Part shown: piece by piece, positions 26,742 to 34,699 of the stretch
Numbering within the stretch: the stretch's first letter is position 1
Layout: every line of letters begins with the position of its first letter
NCBI GenBank assembly: GCA_000697335.1
Contig: JNEM01011441.1
Coordinates: 1-34,699 of the forward strand
Length of the DNA: 34,699 nucleotides
DNA from: Conidiobolus incongruus B7586
Lineage: Eukaryota
Direction of reading: 5' to 3'
Made by a program: the position numbers and the translations under genes
The notes under the pieces: generated by a model
Database searches by the model: none
Told to the model about the DNA's origin: nothing
Seen by the model: only the letters and a program-made list of their open reading frames with translations

Positions 26742-26851
26742 CCAAGCACTTCTCCAACCTGGAAGAATAGAATTTACACCTCCCAGGTTGATTTTAAAAC
26801 CTACACACCTATCTCTTTTCTATTGGACACTAAATCGAGTTCTTTACAAAT

Positions 26852-27643
26852 ATGTCACTTCCTTACTCTTCTCACCCTCAACAAACTATCTCAACCCCAA
26901 CTCTGTTATCAAACTCGATATCTTATTCTGAAGAATATTCTCATTTGTTGCCTCAGAACCTACCTTCACCTCCAATCAGCCCTCCTTTTGCACATCCAAA
27001 TCATTCACCTTCATGGTATGCAGGATGCTGCTTAGATTTAGCCGAATTCCAGCAGGACTGGTCTTCAATGCAAATGAACTCTTCTACTCAAGAGTACAAT
27101 CCTGCTTATATTCCAATCGACTATACTAACCAACTTCCATTACCATCTCCCTCTCTGTGCCCATCCAACCCTCATACTGATCCTGCTATCTATTCATCTC
27201 CCTCAATGTTCGACCCTGCTTTTCCTCCAATGTATGATAGCACCTTGATGGCAACAGTGACTCCATCATCAGAATTCCCACCTATTAATCGTCCTGTTTC
27301 AAGACTTCAAAGCATGTCTTCATCAAAATTCCCCATTAAATCCGATCATCGCATTGAGCAAAGAAACTATCTATGCACACAGCCTGGATGTGGCAAACGT
27401 TTCAAACGTGCTGAGCATTTGAAGCGTCACGTGAGATGTATTCATAATCATGATCGTCCTTTCACTTGCCCTTATCCATCTTGTCAAAAACCATTTTCCA
27501 GATCGGACAATCTCACTCAGCACATTAAAATTCACCAGAGAACCGAAAGAAAGCAATCTCAGGAACACTCTGAGCTGACTTACGTTTCTCAAAAACAGGA
27601 GCAATTCCATTCCACAGCTGTTGAATTGCCTCAATTGAATTGA
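26852..27643 (+). CDS. Two-finger C2H2 transcription factor, Msn2/Msn4/Seb1 (STRE-binding) type
   Basis: [54 protein letters not shown] carries the RxEHLKRH and RSDNLxQH recognition helices; P/S-rich N-terminus; intronless. Confidence 0.9.
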   Translation: MSLPYSSHPQQTISTPTLLSNSISYSEEYSHLLPQNLPSPPISPPFAHPNHSPSWYAGCCLDLAEFQQDWSSMQMNSSTQEYNPAYIPIDYTNQLPLPSPSLCPSNPHTDPAIYSSPSMFDPAFPPMYDSTLMATVTPSSEFPPINRPVSRLQSMSSSKFPIKSDHRIEQRNYLCTQPGCGKRFKRAEHLKRHVRCIHNHDRPFTCPYPSCQKPFSRSDNLTQHIKIHQRTERKQSQEHSELTYVSQKQEQFHSTAVELPQLN

Positions 27644-28486
27644 GTTGATTCTGCTTAGTTGGATTCAATTAGTATCAAATATGAAAAATTGACTACCTCT
27701 TTTCCAACGTGTAACCCTCACTTTCTTTCCTTCTTAAATTATTTCTCCCCCTGAACCCTTCGTACTCAATTGGCTTAATTAATGCTTGAAACTGCTACTA
27801 ATATGAACAGCATTTTCCTCTCCCTAATTGACACTGATCAACCAATCACAATTGGGAATTCCTTCTATTGTATTTGTTCAAAGTCTTGATATCATTCAAC
27901 AATATTGGATGTTACACTATATTTGTTTATTCACCTATCATCGTAAACCTTCTAAAGACATTGGCTAGCTTAAGGATCTGGACTTATGACTTCATTGTAT
28001 ATTACTTAACTAAGAAATAAGGGACCAGGTTTGATACTTTGGTACCTTTCAAAAATCTAAATTAAAAAGTTTTCAATTCAATTTTCTCATTATTCCTTCC
28101 ATGATCGCCATCTCCTCAATTCAGTGAGTCATAACAGATTTTCAATTTTGAAGAATTTTACTACCCCACACTCATTCGAAGGAGTAACTCCTTTCTATCA
28201 AATATCAGTTTTGATTATGACTATTAAATTTAATTTAATTTAAATTATATATAAATTTTTTAATAAAAATTTCAAGAGCAAGTCTCTTGAATCCAAAAAT
28301 CAACAAGTGCATTTAATTTGATAATTATATTAAATTATGATTTCATTTCACTTGTTGAAATAGATTTTTATATATTAGATCTTTAATATTATTAATTATA
28401 ATTTAAATATTAAAAACTTGAGTTTATTCAATCTTGTTTATTAATTTATTAGTCAAGCCTTTTGACTGGTTAATTTTATATTTGAA

Positions 28487-28512
28487 TTATTATTATTATT
28501 ATTATTATTATT
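28487..28512. repeat. (ATT)n microsatellite
   Basis: About 8 ATT units; similar tracts at ~17746-17761 and ~23030-23055. Confidence 0.85.
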
Positions 28513-31488
28513 TTATTGATAAAAATTAAAATAAAAAAGTATATAATATATCATAATATTTAATTAAAATAGATAAATATTAATAACTTTATTTTTAATT
28601 TTATTTAATTTTAATATTAATAAGTATTAGTATATTTAGAAATTAATATTAATTAATGATTAATGAATATATAAAAATGACATTATCAATTGAATAGTAT
28701 TCAAGTTAAATGTTTGAAAATTTTAAGTATTCTAATATAGAATAATCTAGAATTAAAAGTTAATTATGATTAGATTATAAAAAGTGGTGAATATCTCTTA
28801 TTAAAGCATATTGATCAACAATTTTAAAATTATTTTAATAAATAAAAAAAGTCTTTTTATAATAAAAGCAAATTAGTTCCGAAAATGTTGATCATTATTT
28901 AGCTTACAAAGTTGTTAAAAAGATCTTCAAAAATATAATCAAAATTAATATGAATTTAGTTAGAATTAATATTAGTAATATATCATAAATAAATTAACTT
29001 TTTAATGTATTAGATATTTATTTATAACTGGTTAAAATATTTTTAATAAATGTCATATTGATTAATTTATTAAAAATTTTGAAAATAAATTTTATAATAA
29101 TAATAATAAATTTTTTGAATCGAAACCATTATGTGAGAATTACCGATTTAGATTAGTTAATGAGTATCCTAATAAGTTAAATGAATAAACAAAAATTGTT
29201 ATTTTAATTAGTTATATGATTCAAATATAAGTTGGCATTTCATTAGCAATATTGGCTTTTTTGATTGATCAATAATATCCCAAAGGGTGCTGTGTAATGA
29301 CTAATAATCGTCTGATTTGCCTATTTCATTAGTCTAGTCAAAATATGAATTTTTCTTAGTATTTTTTTTCGTTTCGTTTTAATTCTAAATAACTCTCTCC
29401 TGTAGTTATTCATTGCATTAAATATATATATTTTGCAAATTTAGTTTATAAATATTAAATTTTATTTAGAGTAATTTATATTTATTGCAAAAATTTAAAT
29501 AAATGAGGTGAATTTTTTGTAAAATATTTGCTAAATTATTTAAATATAGAACAAATTTTATAATGGACTATTCATTATACCATAAGCTGTATATTTTTTG
29601 AATTATTATATATTAATTTTCTATAGTGTTTCTATAAGCCACGTTAATTTCAGCATAAGTATTTAATGCTAATTCATTTATAAATCCAAAATTTATAATG
29701 AATAAAAAAATTCAATATATTTTAAGCATATAATGAATGTAGTTATATTTATTAGCATTTATTAAAAAATACTAGATTTGGTTTTTGGCTATAAAAACAA
29801 AACAACTATAATGAATCCTTTTTTTATTGAGCATCCCTTGTTTTTAATAATCTTTTGTCCAATTATATTGAATTCTGCCAAATCCAGTTGATAATTATGT
29901 ATATATTTTAATTTATGGATGTTGCTATGTTTTAAATGTATTATAAACAAATCCATTGAATTTTTCGTTACTATGGCCGAATATTGACTGAAATTAATTT
30001 GCTATTGATGTCAAATTGGATAAATATATGCTCCTCTGTTAACATTAACCAGTTAAACATCTTTGATAAATATTACTAAACGGTAAATAATCCTCACTTT
30101 CGTTTCTAATTTCAGATGATAATAATTTTACAATATTGTATATTAATCATTTACGAATTATCTTTGATATTTAATTGATTATATATAATACAAATTCACA
30201 AATTATACAATAATATATCCCGATATACAAAATAAAGACTAGGCTTTATAGCATACAAAATTGATCAGCATTATATTTATTCTTCTTTACGCTTTAAGTT
30301 ATTTAATAAGCAGGGATAAAAATGTTTATTGCTATAACTGTATTACAAAAATTGTCACTTTTCAAAACCTATAATAAATAAAATAATCATATGAATCTTA
30401 TACTCAAAAATTACAAATTTCATATTGGTACAAATATGTTATCATAGTGAATATACATTTTGTAAATAATAAAAAGTGGATTAAAAATTTGTATTAAAAA
30501 TATTTATTAAAAAATATTTTCTAATTTAATGAATATTTTTGCTAATCAATGTCATATTAATTTAATACTATTTGATATTTTGAAGATTCTAGAAATAAAA
30601 AATGATTTTATGTATATGTATTTAGAATTTATGAAAGCTCATTTCATTTGCAATATACCTAACATTACTGTGCTTTACCATTATTAGTTCACTTATTTAC
30701 AATCGATTTTATTAAGGAACAAGATAAATTCAAAGTTAAAAATGAGGATTATTAGCATTTATCAATTTATTATTGCACTTAGTGGACTTTAATTATATAA
30801 AATATATAAATATTATTCTTGATTATGTAAAAAGAATAATTTTTATATAAAAATTTAATAATTTTTGGTTTTTTTTTAAAATTATATTCATTATATTAAG
30901 TTATTTAATTTAGATCAAAAATGATAAGGATTATTCAAGGTATGAATCAATTAATAAAATTTCAATATTTATCTGATGTAATAATTAATACTAATTCCTA
31001 AGATTAATATATAATAAAATATTTGAACAAAGGAATACAAATAATTATAATGAAAAGAAGTGAGAATAAATATTATTCAAAATTGATTATGATATAGATA
31101 TTTGTAGATTTTACTACTATGTCATATTTTATTTGACTAATTTGAAAATATTTTTCATTTGATATAATTTAAATATAAATACAAAATACTTGAAATGTTT
31201 TTCTCATTGATTCTAACCTATTATTTATCCTTATATTTACTAATGAAAATTCAAATTTTATTCAATTATTCAATTATTTATAATGAAATTATGTGTAACT
31301 TATTTCGAAATTTAATATTTAAATAGGAGTAAAACTATAATATATAGTTTTTATTAATATTATTATTTACCAAATGTGTTAATTAATTAAATGTACTTAT
31401 TAGTTTTAGTATTTTTTTCTTATTTTTATTTCTTAATATTTTAAAATTTAAAAATAATGATGATTTGATTCAATTTATAATTTAAGCA

Positions 31489-31512
31489 ATATATATATAT
31501 ATATATATATAT
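31489..31512. repeat. (TA)n microsatellite
   Basis: 12 perfect AT units. Confidence 0.9.
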
Positions 31513-31559
31513 TAAAATTACTGAGAATTAAAATTTTAATCATAGTTATCACAATCATA

Positions 31560-32732
31560 AATTTTTTCAAATCTGAAATGCCTATTAAAATCAGTATTGA
31601 GTGTTTAAATCAATAATATCATTAAGATATATTCAATGTAGAACCCTTAATAAATTGGTTCATAATATCATCTAAATGAGATTACTCTGTATTTTTGACT
31701 GAAATTGCTAGATCTATATTCCGAAATACAAATTTGCATATGATAAAAATTTTCAAAATAATAAATTGTTTTATTTTAATTCATATAAAATTTAATATAT
31801 TATTAGAACACAAATCTTGGGATCAATCTATTTAATTATAATCTAACATATATATTATTAAATACGCCAGGTTTTATCCACATATTTTATTTCAACAATT
31901 AATAATATTTATTACCATGATATCATTGTCTTTCTGGCACGATATTACTTTTCGAAATAATTATATTAAGATGAAAATTATTAAAAGTTAACATATCATT
32001 ATTACCGGATTGAAATACACTTAATTCCATCAATGATTCAGGGCCTTGACTCCTGTCATATATTAAAATCCAGAATTTTATTTACTTTTTTTATTTAAGT
32101 ATATTTAATTAACTATTCCATTCCATTAAAAATAGAAATTATTAATAATTGGGGATTCTAATACTATAATATCACTAAAAATTTTATAAACTCCTTAGTT
32201 ATCCATTTAATATTATGAACTTGTTATAGAGTTTTTAATATTTGGAAAGAAATATTTCAGCTATTGTAATATTCTTCATAATTATTCAAGAAGCATATAT
32301 TAGATAATACTAAAGTTCTCCAGATTTTTTCTTGGTACAAATATTATGTTTTTCTTTTCATTTTGAAAATTATAATAACAGCATGGTACAAACAATATGG
32401 TATATTAACGCAGCTTATTTACTTTTAGGAGTAAAGGGGCATTTATAGAAGGTGTAGAACTAATGACTTGAGAATGACAAAATAAAATGGATAATTTAAT
32501 TTTAAACTTAAGTTCGAGAAGCTATTGAAAATTTATTTTGCATCACTCCACAAATTTTTCAGCAGGTATGTACTTTTGAAAATATTCTATGCATTCGAAA
32601 ATTTTAATTGGATAAAATATATTTTGAATTAAAAATTATTTATTAATATATTTATTAAAACGCAAAACAATTATTGTTAAACTATTTTTGAATAAATTTG
32701 ACCTTTTCTTTTATATCTCATTATTCCTCAAA
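31560..32732 (-). pseudogene. Possible decayed LRR/F-box-like gene relic
   Basis: Fragments such as IFNSFSNLSLKL, KNLENFSII and LKYFFPNIKN in shifting frames with many stops; weak. Confidence 0.2.
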
Positions 32733-32761
32733 TATTTGTCATGATATTATTATAATTCTAT

Positions 32762-33075
32762 TGTCACGAATTGTGAGACCCTTCCGACCCTCACAATTCG
32801 AATCATTTATTTTCCCCAACACATATCCACCTGCAAGGTAATCAACAAATACACTCGACCTTCGGAATCAATCATTCCATCTGATGTGCTATCCAAAGGC
32901 CAGCAAGACACATTAACGCAACTATAACCATTCCAGCTAAAGCCAAGTTGTCATGTCGGTCCTCTTCCTAGGGTACTGCCTTAAAATCGGTGTTAAACTA
33001 TAAACTATCTCCTTTATATCATTAAAACGAATATTTTACCAGTTTATTAGACGCATGACTTCTCAGCCAATGTAA
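32762..33075. mobile_element. LTR-like element (probable solo LTR), ~315 bp
   Basis: Abrupt GC-rich island starting TGTCAC; ends near TGTAA, with CTAT on both flanks (32758-32761, 33076-33079); the right end is not a canonical CA. Confidence 0.55.
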
Positions 33076-33429
33076 CTATTATGAATTATTTCAATATTGA
33101 ATATCTTCATTTTTTTATAATATTCAATTAATAATAGTAATATATTATATTTTAATGAAATAAAAAAATGTAATTGAAAGAATTATACTTTATATAATTA
33201 TTATAATTTAAATTTTTTTTTAAATTTTATTTATAAATTTTTTCTTTTAAAAAATTTTGATCTAAATATTATAAAAATTAATTTAACTTAATATTCAGCT
33301 TTATTAAAAAAATATTATTTAAATATAACCCTATATTATTTTGAACTTATATTAAATCTCAAAATCCTTGCTATTTAATTTTACTTTAAATTAGAGTTTT
33401 TTTAAAATATAAAAATATAAAAATATATA

Positions 33430-34699
33430 TTAGTACAGAAATTAAATAATGGCACAAATCTAAAATCAAAATTAAATATATAAATTAATATAAAATATAT
33501 AAAATTTATTAAAAAATATCAAACTAATAGCTTCCTTTATTATTAATAACTTTTATTTATACTTTTAGTAAGCTTTTAATATCTGTACTGGATGCTTACT
33601 AGATTTATTGGACTAATAGAGCAGAGTCAGGGTGCAGAGGAAGCTGAACCAAGAAAGGTTGATCAACAGACTGACTACACTAGAGTCCACCTACTGTAGA
33701 AGGTTATATTGTCTAACTAATTATAGGAGAATGATTCACGTTATGATTTATGGGAATTCTGAGAATGGTTATGAATCTGTGACAATATCTAAAAAACAGT
33801 TTTTTTATTAAAGACTGAAATTTAATATTCCATAAACTAATTTAATTCATTTGTAGGAATTTTTTTTCCTGTAAGCTAATTTTTTAATTATTTAAAACAA
33901 TTATAATCATATAAGTTTAATTAAGTGAATATACTAAATATACTAACTCTCTCTAGTTTTTTATTTATAAATTCTTTTATAACTTTAGTTTTATATATTT
34001 TGTAATTATTATGAAAAATAATAAGTAATTTAATTTATATTAAGAATATTATTTAAAAATTATTTTATTTAAAAAATTAATATATAATTTACTATTAATT
34101 GATTTTCCTTAAGATATTAAATAAAATAAACTATATATCATTATAATTTATTATAATAATTAATATTAATTTATCAATATAATATTTATTTAAAGGAATT
34201 TATAAAGGGGGTTAATTTAGCTTAATTTAATATCTTGATTTATATTTTGGTAAATAATTATTTAAAAAGATTTAAGATTTATAAATTATAATTATTATTA
34301 TAAAAGCTTTGCTTTCTAACTATATTTTAGTAATTTTTGTTTAGCAATAGCTATTTTAGTTTTTTTTAATTTTAAGTTAGATTATAAAATATTTATTTTA
34401 TATTTTTATTAATTAATTTTAATTTAAACTTTAATATAAATAAAATATTTATATTACTAATATTAAAATAACATGATAATTTTTTAATTAAGATAAAAAA
34501 AAGTTTATTAATATATTTTGTTATTTTATTAATAATTAAAAAAATAATAGTTAAAATTAATTTTGTAGATTTTAGTAAGTTTGAAATAATATGTCTTTTT
34601 TCCTTAAAATAATTAACTTAACAATAGATTAATAAATTAAATAATGTTTTATTATCAAAAGTTACTTATAAATCATAAATAATTTTAAAGGATTTATGA
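33430..34699 (-). mobile_element. Degenerate DD34D mariner (copy 2), runs off the window end, interrupted by a solo LTR
   Basis: Reverse complement is collinear with 16077-17100 (e.g. AAATTCCTTTAAATAAATATT; AATTAATAGTAAATT; AAAAGTTATTAATAATAAA); transposase stop at 33524-33526; candidate TIR TTAGTACAGAAATTAAATAATGGCAC beside a TA run at ~33430. Confidence 0.9.
33584..33784. mobile_element. Solo LTR (201 bp) with 5-bp target-site duplication ATATC
   Basis: TGT...GTGACA termini; ATATC at 33579-33583 and 33785-33789; the homologous site in mariner copy 1 has a single GATAT (17001-17005), i.e. the empty site. Confidence 0.9.

Noticed and set aside
26710..27634. ORFs 26710-26931, 26823-27035 and 27371-27634
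   Set aside because: Overlap the C2H2 gene in other frames or strand; the first begins upstream of the TATA box
32768..32777. GAATTGTGAG resembling a lac operator half-site (vector contamination?)
   Set aside because: Flanks do not match lac or vector sequence; it is one arm of the element's hairpin
1..34699. CRISPR array, rRNA or prokaryotic defence system
   Set aside because: Spliced eukaryotic genes throughout; no repeat-spacer periodicity or rRNA-like sequence seen

Overview
AT-rich eukaryotic DNA with short (~45-60 nt) GT-AG introns; gene content and style suggest an early-diverging fungus (Zoopagomycota/Entomophthorales-like; inference). 1-14.5 kb is gene-dense: partial glutaminyl cyclase (M28), tRNA-Val(AAC), GMP synthase (4 exons), a divergent 15-exon Ku70-like gene, an SFSWAP-like splicing factor, an orphan tail-anchored protein with BNIP3/NIX-like architecture, a SNAPC5-like gene and V-ATPase subunit C. 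From 14.5 kb on I found one intact gene, an Msn2/Seb1-type C2H2 factor. The rest includes two related DD34D mariner transposase relics in opposite orientation that are saturated with C>T/G>A changes but nearly indel-free (RIP-like), a solo LTR with a 5-bp TSD nested in one of them, a second LTR-like element, possible decayed gene relics and hairpin clusters. Gene models were assembled by hand, and reference motifs were compared from memory without database searches.
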